64,000 nucleotides of DNA from an uncultured Gemmataceae bacterium (GCA_963750165.1 CAVVPN010000011.1:2048001-2112000), one strand, 5' to 3'; positions 1 to 10,050 are shown, numbered from the stretch's first letter. The notes: generated by a model not told the origin, from the letters alone. Translations and numbers: made by a program.

Positions 1-2286
1 TTCCAGGCCGAGCACGGTCATGCGCTCACGGCGGGCCATGACGGCGTACGGCGTGTTCGCGTAGTCCCTCGTGATCAGATCCCAGGTGCGGCGGACTTCC
101 TTGACCCAGTCCTTGACTTTGCCCTCGGGAATGCTCACCTTATCCCGCGACGCCATGCGGTAGCCGGCGAAGCCAGCCTCCAGCGGCGGCAGCGAGTCGG
201 TGCGAATCTGCGCCAGCAGGTAGTTGTACTCCATCAGATAGATCAGCCGCGACTCCAGCCGGGCCAGCACGAAATGGTAGTTCGCCGTCCAGCGCTTCGA
301 GGTTTCCTTCGCCAGGTGCAGCTTGCCGGCCTCTTTCAGATCATCGAGCGCGCTCTCCAGCGCGAACGCGGCCCGGCCGGGCGCGCCTTGCTTCTCAAAC
401 ACCTGCTTCTTGACCTGCGCGGTGCTGGCGCCGAAGAACACCTCGTCAAAGCGCACGTTGGAACTCTCGTTCAGCGCCTGCACGGCGTCCAGGATGGCCT
501 TCTTCAACTCCGGCGAACTCGCGTCCGCCTGATACTGCTGGATCACCTCGGCCGGCAGCGGCGGCAGGTTGGACACGCGCAGGTCGTCGCGGACACCGCG
601 CCTGCCGCGCACCGGCGGAATCTGATTGATCTCTTCCAGGATACGCTGCACCAGGGCGGCTGCGGCGGCCGGCTGGTTGTTGGGGCCGACCGGCGATGTC
701 TCAATGGTCAGCAGCGCCGGTGCCGCTTCCTCCGGGTTCGGGTCGGCGCCGGCCGCCGCTTCCTTGCCGAACAGCCGGGCCGTCTGTGTCAACTTGTGCG
801 GCATCAGCGTCTTCTGCATGGCGGCGTTGACGCGGTTGGTCAGCAGGTCCATCGGTAGGGGGCTGCTCGCCTCCGTGATGCCGGACGGCTGCGTCAACAG
901 GCTCTTGGCCGCGCCGGTGAACGCCTGCAGGAACAGACTGCCGCTCTCGAATTCCAGGCTCTCCTGCTTGGCGTCGCAGGCCACCAGCACCTGCACACCA
1001 GCGGGCACCTGGCGGATTTTGGCGTCGAAGTCCTCGGTCAGCGCGCCGCCGCCGGGGCGGAGGTTGCCGGCGCCTGGGTTGTGGCGGGCGATGTCCAGCA
1101 CCAGCACCTTCTGCCGGCACTTGCACGCCTTCAATTGGTCGTACACCCACGACAGCTTGATGAGCGTGGCGGCGTCCGCCAGGTCGCCCTCCACCGGCAC
1201 CAGGTACGCCTCCTTGTCGATCTCGATGGCGTGGCCGGTAAACAGGATCAAAATGCGGTCCTGTTCGCGCGAGGTCTTCAAGAACTCAGTGATGGTGCTT
1301 TCGATTACCGTTTTGAGTGGTGGATACGGCTTCACAGTGGCCCGGTCGTTTAGCTCAAAGACCTGCCGCGCGGGGAAGCGCATGCCGCGCGCCAGCTGGT
1401 CGCGCAGCGAGGCCAGGTTGCTGCCGGGGAACTGGTCCCGCGGGTTCGACGGCGCATGGCCCGCGTTCAGTGGATTGGCGTACAGGTAGTCGCTGACGCC
1501 GATCAGCAGCGCCCGCCGCGGAAACGGCGCTTCCTTGGCTGGCCCCTTCTTCGGCGGGTTCTTGACGATCTCCGGGTTCTTCTTCGGCGTATCCTTCTTC
1601 GGCGGATCCTTCTGCACGGGCTCCACCTTGGGCGGATCCTTCTTCGGCTCCACCTTTCTGGGCGGATCCTTTGGCATGGGCGAATCCGGCGGGCCAATCG
1701 GGCCGGCGGTTTTCTTGTTGGGCGGATCCTGCTTGTCGTTCGGCTCGACCTTGGGCGGATCCTGCTTGTCGTTGGAATCGGTTTTCGGCGTGTTGGCGTT
1801 GGCGGGGGGGGACTGGCCGGTCGTTCCCTTGTCGTCGGTTTTCGGGTTTTCCCTGGACTCTTCCTGGGCCTGCTCGCTGGGTTTGTTGGGGTTGAACAGG
1901 CCGGAGAGCTGCGGCCCCAGCGCGACGAAGACAATGGCGGCCAGGGCCAGGACGCCGCCGCAGACCAGGACACCGACCCCCAAACTGCCGCTGCCCTTCT
2001 GCTTGTAGCGCGGCTGGTATGGGCTGGCGTTGGGATTAATGACCGCGTGCTGGATCGAGAACGGATTGGCGGTCACCACCGCCGCCGCGGGCTTCGCCAC
2101 CGGAACGACTGCTGCGCGAACCGGCGCGGCCACCGGCCGGGGCGCCGGCGCGGGCGTTGCTGAACTGGACCGGGCCTGGAAGATGTTGCTGCAGAACTTG
2201 CAGCGCATCGGCTGGGTCACCCATTCGGCCGGGATGCGCAGCACGTTCTTGCAGTACGGACACCTGGCCTGAACCACGGCGCTCAT
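1..2286 (-). CDS. Zn-ribbon + single TM + Pro/Lys-rich linker + caspase-like (peptidase C14 fold) protein; 3' end runs off the window
   Basis: Not in the ORF track because it has no stop in the window. Hand translation from ATG at 2286 stays in frame to base 1: MSAVVQARCPYCKNVLRIP...MRCKFC (Zn ribbon), GVLVCGGVLALAAIVFVALG (TM), DPPK repeats, then RRALLIGVSDY...ILILFTGHA...YLVP...KVLVLDIARH (caspase-fold motifs). Confidence 0.85.
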   Translation of the reverse strand, partial: MSAVVQARCPYCKNVLRIPAEWVTQPMRCKFCSNIFQARSSSATPAPAPRPVAAPVRAAVVPVAKPAAAVVTANPFSIQHAVINPNASPYQPRYKQKGSGSLGVGVLVCGGVLALAAIVFVALGPQLSGLFNPNKPSEQAQEESRENPKTDDKGTTGQSPPANANTPKTDSNDKQDPPKVEPNDKQDPPNKKTAGPIGPPDSPMPKDPPRKVEPKKDPPKVEPVQKDPPKKDTPKKNPEIVKNPPKKGPAKEAPFPRRALLIGVSDYLYANPLNAGHAPSNPRDQFPGSNLASLRDQLARGMRFPARQVFELNDRATVKPYPPLKTVIESTITEFLKTSREQDRILILFTGHAIEIDKEAYLVPVEGDLADAATLIKLSWVYDQLKACKCRQKVLVLDIARHNPGAGNLRPGGGALTEDFDAKIRQVPAGVQVLVACDAKQESLEFESGSLFLQAFTGAAKSLLTQPSGITEASSPLPMDLLTNRVNAAMQKTLMPHKLTQTARLFGKEAAAGADPNPEEAAPALLTIETSPVGPNNQPAAAAALVQRILEEINQIPPVRGRRGVRDDLRVSNLPPLPAEVIQQYQADASSPELKKAILDAVQALNESSNVRFDEVFFGASTAQVKKQVFEKQGAPGRAAFALESALDDLKEAGKLHLAKETSKRWTANYHFVLARLESRLIYLMEYNYLLAQIRTDSLPPLEAGFAGYRMASRDKVSIPEGKVKDWVKEVRRTWDLITRDYANTPYAVMARRERMTVLGLE
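1545..1790 (-). repeat. Low-complexity coding repeat (KDPPK/QDPPK units)
   Basis: ggcggatcct recurs at ~1601, 1631, 1661, 1721 and 1753 on the + strand and encodes the DPP-rich linker. Confidence 0.7.
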
Positions 2287-2491
2287 CACGTCACCCCCGA
2301 CGAAGCCGGCACCGATCCCCCTACGCCCTCGCGCAGGGCAACCCTTCCCCTTTAATAGACGATATTCTAGCCAATTCGGTTCCGCGAAGAAAGTACAGGT
2401 AGCACGGCCTGCCGCGCCAGCTGGTGTGGGTGGTGCCGATGGTAGTATAACATCTGCTGACGCCGCCCCGATCCCGCGGGAGAAGTTCGCC

Positions 2492-3616
2492 ATGTCCACC
2501 GACCTGCAACGGCCCTCGCCGGAACACTTCCTGACGCTGATCCGCCAGCAGCAGCGCGGCCGGCTAAAGGTGTACCTTGGCTTCGCCGCCGGCGTCGGCA
2601 AGACCTTCGAGATGCTCCAGGAGGGCCATCGCCTGCGGCGCCAGGGCGTGGACGTGGTGGTCGGTATCGTCGAGACGCACGGCCGGGCCGAAACCGCCGC
2701 GCTGGTCGAGGGCCTGGAGCAGGTGCCGCGGCGGAGCATCGAGTACCGCGGTGTGGCGCTTGCGGAGATGGACCTGGACGCCCTGCTGGCCCGGCGGCCG
2801 AACGTGGCCCTGGTGGACGAACTGGCCCACACCAACGCCCCGGGCAGCCGTTTTGCCAAGCGCTACCAGGACGTGGAGGAACTGCTGCGCAACGGTATCA
2901 ACGTCATCAGCACGCTCAACATTCAGCACCTGGAGAGCCTGTACGACATGGTGGAGCGGGCCACCGGCGTCAAGGTCAAGGAGCGCGTGCCCGACTACGT
3001 GCTGGGCATCGCCGACCAGCTCGTCAACGTCGATCTGTCCGCCGAGGATTTGCGCGACCGCCTGCTGGCCGGCAAGGTCTACCCGGCGGAGCGCATCAAC
3101 AGCGCCCTGGAAAACTTTTTCACGCAGGAGAACCTGACGCGACTGCGCGAGTTCGCGCTGGAGGAGATGGCCCACCGGCTGGACCGGCGCCGCCAGGAGA
3201 AGAGCGGGCCGCAGCCGAGCGGCTCGGAGCGCGTCATGGTGTGCCTGAGTTCGCAGAGCCCCAGCGCCGAACGGCTGCTGCGCAAGGGCGGCCGTCTGGC
3301 CGACCGGCTGGGCGCACCGTGGTACGCCGTCTACATCCAGACCCCGAGCGAGGCACTGGACCGCATCGACGCGGCAACGCAGCGGCGCATCAGCAACACG
3401 CTGGAGCTAACGACGCAGCTGGGCGGTACGCCGATGCAGTTCAAGGGTGCCGACGTGGTCAGCACCATCGCGGCCTTCGCGCAGGAGTACGGCATCACGC
3501 ACATTGTGCTGGGCCGCAGCCGGCAGCCGTGGTTTCGGCGCTGGTTCGGCCAGTCGCTGCTGGACCGCCTGCTGCAAACCATTCCTGGCGTGGACGTGCT
3601 CGTCGTGGACACCTGA
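2492..3616 (+). CDS. kdpD: Stand-alone KdpD N-terminal sensor domain + universal stress protein (USP) domain; no TM or kinase domain
   Basis: RGRLKVYLGFAAGVGKTFEML, VETHGRAET, LVDELAHTN, KRYQDVEELL, NIQHLESL, RERVPD-like and NFFTQENLTRLRE motifs are typical of KdpD-N. ERVMVCLSS...AFAQEYGITHIVLGRS is USP-like. Start placed at MSTDLQ (ATG 2492). Confidence 0.9.
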   Translation: MSTDLQRPSPEHFLTLIRQQQRGRLKVYLGFAAGVGKTFEMLQEGHRLRRQGVDVVVGIVETHGRAETAALVEGLEQVPRRSIEYRGVALAEMDLDALLARRPNVALVDELAHTNAPGSRFAKRYQDVEELLRNGINVISTLNIQHLESLYDMVERATGVKVKERVPDYVLGIADQLVNVDLSAEDLRDRLLAGKVYPAERINSALENFFTQENLTRLREFALEEMAHRLDRRRQEKSGPQPSGSERVMVCLSSQSPSAERLLRKGGRLADRLGAPWYAVYIQTPSEALDRIDAATQRRISNTLELTTQLGGTPMQFKGADVVSTIAAFAQEYGITHIVLGRSRQPWFRRWFGQSLLDRLLQTIPGVDVLVVDT

Positions 3617-3759
3617 GAAGTTGTGATGGGATGAGTTGGGTTGCTGTCCTGGTTCGTAGTACCGCCTTGAGGCGGTCTTGCGCCTGACTGATCGTGGTTG
3701 CAACGACTACAATAGGCCCGTGCCATTTCGATCACACTGATCGGCAAGGGGGTATACGC

Positions 3760-6234
3760 ATGCTGCGCATCTTCGTCATGCTGGCCATGCTCGGTGTGGC
3801 CGCTGGGCCTAACGAAACGCTCGCACCCTGGGCGAAAAATGCTCATCCGACAGACGCGCCGAAACGCCATGTCGAGAAGATCGCGGTTGGCCGGCACGTC
3901 TACGTCATCCGTCAAGCCGGCACGATGGACGGCAGCAATTGCCGCTCACCCATCGGCGTGGGAATGATGGACGGCCCGCCCATCGAGCAGACCTGGGAGT
4001 CCAACCGCGCGGTGCGACTGGAGAATACGGGGGCAACGGACGTGATCAATCCCTGGCTGGCGAACGGCCGCAACGGCTTCCGCACACTCGATGAGATCGT
4101 GGCGTCGGCCGTCAAACCAGGCATGACGGATCGTGAGAAGGCCCAGGCGCTCTGGTTTCAGGAGATTCGCCATCGCTATCACTGGTCCGGCGACAACAAC
4201 GAACTGGGCGATCCGGTCAAGGTCTTCAACATCTACGGACACAACACCTGCGGCAACGATTCCATCTGCCTGGCGGGCCTCTGGAAGCGGGCAGGGTTGA
4301 AGGTGACGCCCGCACGGGTCGTTGGCCATTGTGTGACGCAATGTTACTTTGACGGCCGCTGGAATCTCTTCGATGGCGACATGCATTCGATGTACCTGTT
4401 GCGCGATAACCACACCGTCGCGAGTGAGCAGGACCTCGTGCGCGACCACGATCTGATCAAACGCACGCACACGCAGGGCATCCTGAACCCGGATCGGCGT
4501 GCGAACGATGAGTGGGAGGCGTCCATTTTCATGTTCGAGGGGCCGCCCGCCGGTGATCGCAATTGCGCCCAGAACACCTCCATGAACATGGTGCTGCGGC
4601 CCGGGGAGGCAATCACCTGGCGCTGGGGGCATACGAATCCAGTGAAGTATCATGGAGAAAAGCCGCGGTATCCCGACACCATCTGCAACGGCCTCTGGGA
4701 ATATCGGCCCGACTTCGGGCGCGACCTTTGGAAGAAGGGGACCGCCTCGGTCGCGGGCGTTCAGACGAAGGGCGGCGAACTGATCGCCGAAGCCGGAAAA
4801 ACCGGCACCATCATCTGGACCATCCGCAGCCCCTACGTCCTTGTGGGCGGCAGGCTCGAAACGGAGGGGAGCGGAGCAAAGTTCGCGCTGTCGTGGGACG
4901 GGAAAACGTGGCTGGAGGCGGGGCCGGACCTGGACAAATTCTTCCCGCCTGCCGGCCCGGCGCGCTACACCTATCGGCTCCGCTGCGAGTTGAACGCTGG
5001 TGCCCGTCTCAAGCGTCTGGGTATCGTCAACGACCTCCAGATGGCGCCGCTGGCGCTGCCGGCGCTGGCGGTTGGCGACAACCAGTTCGTCTACACGGAC
5101 CAGTCTCCCGGCAAGCGGCAGGTGCGCATCACGCACGACTGGGTCGAGCACTCCGCCTCCCGACCGCCCGAAGCTCCCACCACGCCCACGTTCCCGCTGG
5201 ACAAGGCGGAAGCCGAGGGCACCCAGCTTGTGTTCCGCTGGCCGGCGCCCAAAAGCGCCGACGGCATCGCCGATTACCATTTTGAACTCTCGGATCGACC
5301 GGACATGCGTTGGCCGCTGTCGCCGAACTTCTACAGGCTGATCTCGAAGACGGCCGACCGCGGTAAGTCGCAGTTCACGTTGCCGCACGGCGGGCTCCTA
5401 ACAGTGGACCGGAAATACTACTGGCGCGTGCGGGCGAAGAATGCGAAGGGCGTATGGGGCTCCTGGAGCGCGACCTGGAGCTTTACGCCGCGCGGGCCCG
5501 CGGCCCCCACCGACGTTCGCCTCGCCATCGCTCGCGACCGCGGCGCCGCTGTCCTGCGCTGGCAGCCGAACCCAACTGGGCGGAAGCCGGTGAAGTACCG
5601 CATCTACGGCAGCGACGTAAAAGGCTTCACGGTCAGCGACGAACCCTACAAGTCCGTCGTCGGCGTGTCGAAGGTGGTCTCCGCCAATCGGCCGGCCAAT
5701 TATGTGACCGAGGTCGCGGCGACCGAGGCGGTGGTGATCGGCGCGGAGATCAACTTGCCCAACGCGAACCGAGCCTACTACCGCGTCGTGGCCGTGGACG
5801 CGAAGGGGAACCGGAGCGGGCCATCCGATTTCGCCGAGGCGCCGCGGCCGCTCCTCTGGTCGCGTCCCGTCACCGCCGCCCAGGTGGGAGCAGCATACCG
5901 TTATACCCTCGCCGCCATCCGCTCACTCGGCGACCTGCGGACGCGCGTTGTCAACGGCAAGGAAACGATGAACTACTGGGACATCGAGAACCCGCGCTTC
6001 GCCCTTCAGAAAGGGCCTGCCTGGCTCAGGATCGACGAGCGCACGGGAGTGCTCTCGGGCGTTCCGGACAGCCCCGGCAAGGTGGTCATCACCGTGACCG
6101 CCACGATTGACCGAGAAGTTCGCAAGCTGGATGAGCGCGCCCTGAGCTGGGGGCAGGAAAAAACGTTGTCCACGGGTACGCAGAGGGTCGGCGTGGCCAC
6201 GCAGACCTTTACCCTCGAGATCGCGCCGCGCTGA
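3760..6234 (+). CDS. Secreted transglutaminase-like protein with FN3/Ig domains and C-terminal putative-Ig (He_PIG-like) module
   Basis: Signal-like MLRIFVMLAMLGVAA; Cys-His-Asp arrangement GHNTCGND...GHCVTQCYFDGRWNLFD; FN3 motifs YYWRVRAKN..G.W.SWS and YYRVVAVD..GNRS; GPAWLRIDERTGVLSGVP. Confidence 0.75.
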   Translation: MLRIFVMLAMLGVAAGPNETLAPWAKNAHPTDAPKRHVEKIAVGRHVYVIRQAGTMDGSNCRSPIGVGMMDGPPIEQTWESNRAVRLENTGATDVINPWLANGRNGFRTLDEIVASAVKPGMTDREKAQALWFQEIRHRYHWSGDNNELGDPVKVFNIYGHNTCGNDSICLAGLWKRAGLKVTPARVVGHCVTQCYFDGRWNLFDGDMHSMYLLRDNHTVASEQDLVRDHDLIKRTHTQGILNPDRRANDEWEASIFMFEGPPAGDRNCAQNTSMNMVLRPGEAITWRWGHTNPVKYHGEKPRYPDTICNGLWEYRPDFGRDLWKKGTASVAGVQTKGGELIAEAGKTGTIIWTIRSPYVLVGGRLETEGSGAKFALSWDGKTWLEAGPDLDKFFPPAGPARYTYRLRCELNAGARLKRLGIVNDLQMAPLALPALAVGDNQFVYTDQSPGKRQVRITHDWVEHSASRPPEAPTTPTFPLDKAEAEGTQLVFRWPAPKSADGIADYHFELSDRPDMRWPLSPNFYRLISKTADRGKSQFTLPHGGLLTVDRKYYWRVRAKNAKGVWGSWSATWSFTPRGPAAPTDVRLAIARDRGAAVLRWQPNPTGRKPVKYRIYGSDVKGFTVSDEPYKSVVGVSKVVSANRPANYVTEVAATEAVVIGAEINLPNANRAYYRVVAVDAKGNRSGPSDFAEAPRPLLWSRPVTAAQVGAAYRYTLAAIRSLGDLRTRVVNGKETMNYWDIENPRFALQKGPAWLRIDERTGVLSGVPDSPGKVVITVTATIDREVRKLDERALSWGQEKTLSTGTQRVGVATQTFTLEIAPR

Positions 6235-6314
6235 CGCCGCAGCGCGGGAAGACGACTGGCGCGAACCAAGGAAGATAACGATTGTCGCTGTGGGACTGGA
6301 ACAGGAAGAAGACC

Positions 6315-8807
6315 ATGCTCGCACGCTGCGCGATGTTGTGCCCGTACATGCTGCTCCTGATGGCGTGGAGTGGGATTGCTCAGCCAGTGAGCGCCACCGA
6401 GTCGGCGTCGATGCAGAAGCAGGGACCGCGCGTCGATGCGGTCGGCGATCCGCTTCCGAAAGGTGCCGTGGCACGGATTGGGACGCTGCGACTCCGACAG
6501 CCATCCGAAGTGTGCACCGTCGTTTTTTCTCCTGACGGTAAGCTGCTCGCAACAGGAGGACGCTACGACGGCGTGCGACTCTGGGAATCCACCACGGGGA
6601 AAGCACTCCGCTTTCTTCCCGCCAGGGGAGGACAGTGCATTTTCCATCTGGCCTTCTCGCCGGACAGCAAGACGTTGGTTTCCAGTGGCTTTGACGGTGC
6701 CGTGGAAGTATGGGACGTTGCTACCGGCAAGAAAATCCGCCAACTCGGCGTGGATTCTGTTGCTGCCAGGCTTGGCCCGCTGTGTTTCTCCGACGATGGC
6801 AAATGGCTCGCGTTGGCCGAGGGCAGGACCATGCGCGTCTGGGAAACCACAGGCTGGACCGAGCAAAAGCCTCCGCGACCCGAGGGCAAGAAAGTCATCC
6901 TTCCCGCCTTCGCCGGCAAACGCATGTATGTGAGAGGAATTGGAGCCGAATGGGGCAAGGACCACCTCTGGGACCTCGCCGCGCTGGAGCGACAGGTCGT
7001 CCCGGCGAGTTGGGGCACGGGTTGGTGGACCGCTCTTTCTCCGGACGGCAAGCGCCTGGCGGCAACGGACCCGGGAGACACGCTCGTCGTGGTACGCGAC
7101 ATCGCCACCGGGAAAGAGACGCTCCGCCTGGAACCGGTGGTGAAGAAAGGTGCCGCGGTGCGCGCCATCTGTTTTTCGCCCGACGGAAAACTCCTGGCCA
7201 TTGGGGGCTGGGGGATTCCGCTGCGCTGCATCGATCCCGAGACGGGAAAGGACAGGGTGCGCTTCGGCGATCAGGCGGTGGATTACACCACCCAGCTGGC
7301 CTTTTCTCCGGATGGCAAGCGGCTGGCCGTTGCCCGCGGGAACGGCGTCCGGCTCTGGGAGGTCGGCACCGGGAAGGAACTTTTGCCGTCGAGTAGCCAT
7401 ACCCATGGCGTGCGTGCCATCGCGTTTTCACCGAACGGGAAACGGCTTGCCTTCGGCGACGGACACTGGCTGCGCCTGTACGACACGACAACCCACAAGC
7501 AGGTGTGGCGCTTCCCGGAGGAACGGGATCATGGTTACCGAATCGCCTTCGCTGCGGATGGCAAGGCCCTCGTGGCCGGAAGCGTCGCACTCCTTTGCTT
7601 CCATGACACGCTGACTGGAAAAATGACCCACTCCCTGGGGAAGCAGTCGCTCGAACCACATCATTTCGGCAGTCCGGTCGAGTACGGCCTGTACACGCCG
7701 GACCTTGAAAAAGTAGTCTTTCTCCACCTCAACTCGGAAAACGATCCGTACACGACTGTTCTTGTTCGCTCAGCCGCGACCGGAATGGAACAGTTGAAGT
7801 TCAAGCACCTCGGTGGATCGGCAAGTGCCGCGAGCATTTCCCCCAACGGACAGTTCGTGGCAATTGGTTATCTGGAAGGTCCCATTCAGCTTTACCACCT
7901 CACGAGTGGGAAAAGGGCGAATCAACTGGATGTGACCGGGACGGACTGGCACAGACTTGTCTTCGCACCCGACGGCAGAACCCTGGCCACAAGGGACAAG
8001 AAAGGCGCCTTGCGACTGCTGGAGGTAGCCACCGGGAAGACGCGGCTGGTGCTGCAGGGCCCTGGGGCGCGGGACAGTTTCGTCTATTCTCCGGATGGAA
8101 AAGTGCTCGCAACCTGGGGGGACAGGACGGTCCAGTTGTGGGACACGAGTTCGGGTCGCAAGCTTGGTCGGCTGGAGGGGCACACCGGCCACATCAACGA
8201 GGTGGCCTTCATGCCCGGGGGGAGCATCCTGGCAACGGCCAGCGAAGATACGACCATCCTGTTCTGGGAGGTGGCCGACCTGATCCCCAGAGAAAAGCCG
8301 GCTCCGCTCGCCCCCGAGGCATTGACCGCGGCATGGAAAGACCTGGCCGGCCCGGACACGGCGCAGGCACACCGCGCCATGGTTTCCTTCCGCCAGGCGG
8401 GGCCTCAAGCAGTCGCTTTCCTGCGTGAACGGCTTCGGCCGGTGTCCATGCCGGCCGCGCAACAAATTGAGCGCTGGCTCAAGGATCTCGACCATGCGAA
8501 GTTCGCCGTCCGAGACCAGGCGGCCAGGGAGCTGAAGAAACAGATCGACGTTGTGGTCCCCTCGCTGCGGAAGGCGCTGGCTGCTGGCCCATCCCTGGAA
8601 AAGCAGCGGCGCTTGAATCAGCTGATTGCCTTGGCGGAGGAAGGGCACTGGACGCCGGAGGCCCTGCGAACCCTTCGAGCCATTGAGGTACTGGAACAGA
8701 TTGGTTCAGCAGAAGCGCGAACGGCGCTGAAAACGCTGGCCGGCGGCGCGCCGGCAGCGCGGTTGACTCGGGAAGCAAAAACCTCGCTGGAGCGACTGGC
8801 GCGGTGA
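6315..8807 (+). CDS. WD40-repeat beta-propeller protein with C-terminal helical (HEAT-like) domain
   Basis: GDPLPKGAVARIGTLR N-terminal motif; many FSPDGK.LA and .WD..TGK repeats; GHTGHINEVAF...TILFWEV; C-terminal LRTLRAIEVLEQIG. Start is uncertain (6282, 6315 or 6348). Confidence 0.9.
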   Translation: MLARCAMLCPYMLLLMAWSGIAQPVSATESASMQKQGPRVDAVGDPLPKGAVARIGTLRLRQPSEVCTVVFSPDGKLLATGGRYDGVRLWESTTGKALRFLPARGGQCIFHLAFSPDSKTLVSSGFDGAVEVWDVATGKKIRQLGVDSVAARLGPLCFSDDGKWLALAEGRTMRVWETTGWTEQKPPRPEGKKVILPAFAGKRMYVRGIGAEWGKDHLWDLAALERQVVPASWGTGWWTALSPDGKRLAATDPGDTLVVVRDIATGKETLRLEPVVKKGAAVRAICFSPDGKLLAIGGWGIPLRCIDPETGKDRVRFGDQAVDYTTQLAFSPDGKRLAVARGNGVRLWEVGTGKELLPSSSHTHGVRAIAFSPNGKRLAFGDGHWLRLYDTTTHKQVWRFPEERDHGYRIAFAADGKALVAGSVALLCFHDTLTGKMTHSLGKQSLEPHHFGSPVEYGLYTPDLEKVVFLHLNSENDPYTTVLVRSAATGMEQLKFKHLGGSASAASISPNGQFVAIGYLEGPIQLYHLTSGKRANQLDVTGTDWHRLVFAPDGRTLATRDKKGALRLLEVATGKTRLVLQGPGARDSFVYSPDGKVLATWGDRTVQLWDTSSGRKLGRLEGHTGHINEVAFMPGGSILATASEDTTILFWEVADLIPREKPAPLAPEALTAAWKDLAGPDTAQAHRAMVSFRQAGPQAVAFLRERLRPVSMPAAQQIERWLKDLDHAKFAVRDQAARELKKQIDVVVPSLRKALAAGPSLEKQRRLNQLIALAEEGHWTPEALRTLRAIEVLEQIGSAEARTALKTLAGGAPAARLTREAKTSLERLAR

Positions 8808-8959
8808 TCCTACCTGTTGATCGTAAGGCAAATTGCTCAGGAGGACGTTCCAGGCATCCACCCCGAGTTCGCGCATTGCCAGCGGAGCCAGTCTGCGGTA
8901 TTTTTGAGCCGTCGCATCGTCGGAGGCCTCCCAGGGAATATAACCGAGAAGCGTGAACC

Positions 8960-9310
8960 TGGTGTCACGGTGATTGAGAATGGCACCCTCGTTGACGGGA
9001 CCGGCGCCGCGCCAGCGGATCGAGCGCAGGCCGTGGTTGGGTCCCTCGGTTCTGCCATTGCTGGAACGCATCACGAAGTTATTCCCCCGGCGGCCAAGAT
9101 GCTCACGCTGTTCGACCACGACACCCTGCGCGTCGCTGCGGCCTGGGGCGGCGCCGGGTTCATCGACTGGAACGGCATCAATTTCAACGGCCGGCACCAG
9201 GTCCACCCGCGCGTCGTGGGCCGGGTGCTGTTCGCCAATCCGTCGGGCCCGGCTGGGCCAACCCCCAAACCGGCGGCTTCGACGACCCGCGTCTGCGGGG
9301 CCGCGAAGGT
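8960..9310 (+). pseudogene. Mosaic gene debris: amidohydrolase-like N-terminal fragment plus a frameshifted fragment of a planctomycete-type protein
   Basis: TVIENGTLVDGTGAAP resembles amidohydrolase N-termini. LFDHDTLRVAAAWGGAGFIDWNGINFNGRHQVHPRVVGRVLFANPSG continues, after frame changes, as GWANPK/TGGFDDPRLRGR, which resembles DUF6797-type domains (from memory). Confidence 0.45.
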
Positions 9311-9883
9311 CTCCGCAGACGGCAACCTGAGATCTTCGAGATAGGTCTGTGGGTTGGCCTTGCGCCAGCGTGGCGGTGCGTCGTCCTGTGGCCTGGGCGG
9401 CAGTCCGGGGCACACTTCCCGGAGCCGTTGCACGAGTTTGGCCAGGTCGCCTTCGTAGTCATTGCTGCGGAGGAAAACCGACTGCTGTTCGGCGAGCGCT
9501 TCCAGGTTGAAATTGGCCAGCCATTCCTGGTCGGGCATCGCCGTGTTGTCCAGGCGAACGGGAATGACGGTGTTTCCCGACTTCAGGCTGAGCGTGATTT
9601 CTTTCCTCACCCAGTCGTTCTTATCGGACAGGCGCGGGAAGCCTTCTAGCTTTCCCTTGTCAAACGAAGCAGTTTTCCAGCCGGGGCCGATGACCACCAA
9701 CATGACCGGGCAAGATTGTGCGTTGTCCTCAAGCACCTTGGTCCAGACCTCGCCACCTCGGAGTCGGGTTTTATCCCGAAACACGGCAGCCGCACCGAAT
9801 TCTCGCGTCAGGTCGCGGTCCAGGTGAGTGACCTGGTTGTTTGAATCTTTTTCACGGTAGCTAATGAAAATCATGTTTGGCAT
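9071..9883 (-). CDS. TIR-domain (TIR_2-like) protein, probably C-terminally truncated
   Basis: IFISYREKDS...VFRDKTRLRGGEVW...MLVVIGPGW...DWVRKEI...VIPVRLD; GAGGAG RBS upstream of ATG 9883. Sequence after TYLEDLR (~9325) is the antisense of unrelated debris. Confidence 0.85.
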   Translation of the reverse strand: MPNMIFISYREKDSNNQVTHLDRDLTREFGAAAVFRDKTRLRGGEVWTKVLEDNAQSCPVMLVVIGPGWKTASFDKGKLEGFPRLSDKNDWVRKEITLSLKSGNTVIPVRLDNTAMPDQEWLANFNLEALAEQQSVFLRSNDYEGDLAKLVQRLREVCPGLPPRPQDDAPPRWRKANPQTYLEDLRLPSAETFAAPQTRVVEAAGLGVGPAGPDGLANSTRPTTRGWTWCRPLKLMPFQSMNPAPPQAAATRRVSWSNSVSILAAGGITS

Positions 9884-10050
9884 GAACTCGCTCCTCGGCC
9901 GGGTATGCAAGTCGGTATCCACTGTCACTTGCAGTTACCGACTTCGCTGCGCGGCAGACCTGGAGCTTCCAGGGCCAGTTGCTGCGGGGACATGATACGC
10001 CGCGTTGCTTCCTGAGCCAGACGGCACGCACGAGGGGCTGACTGTTGGGG

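Noticed and set aside
274..2163. Plus-strand ORFs at the left edge
   Set aside because: Shadows of the minus-strand caspase-like gene that runs off the window.
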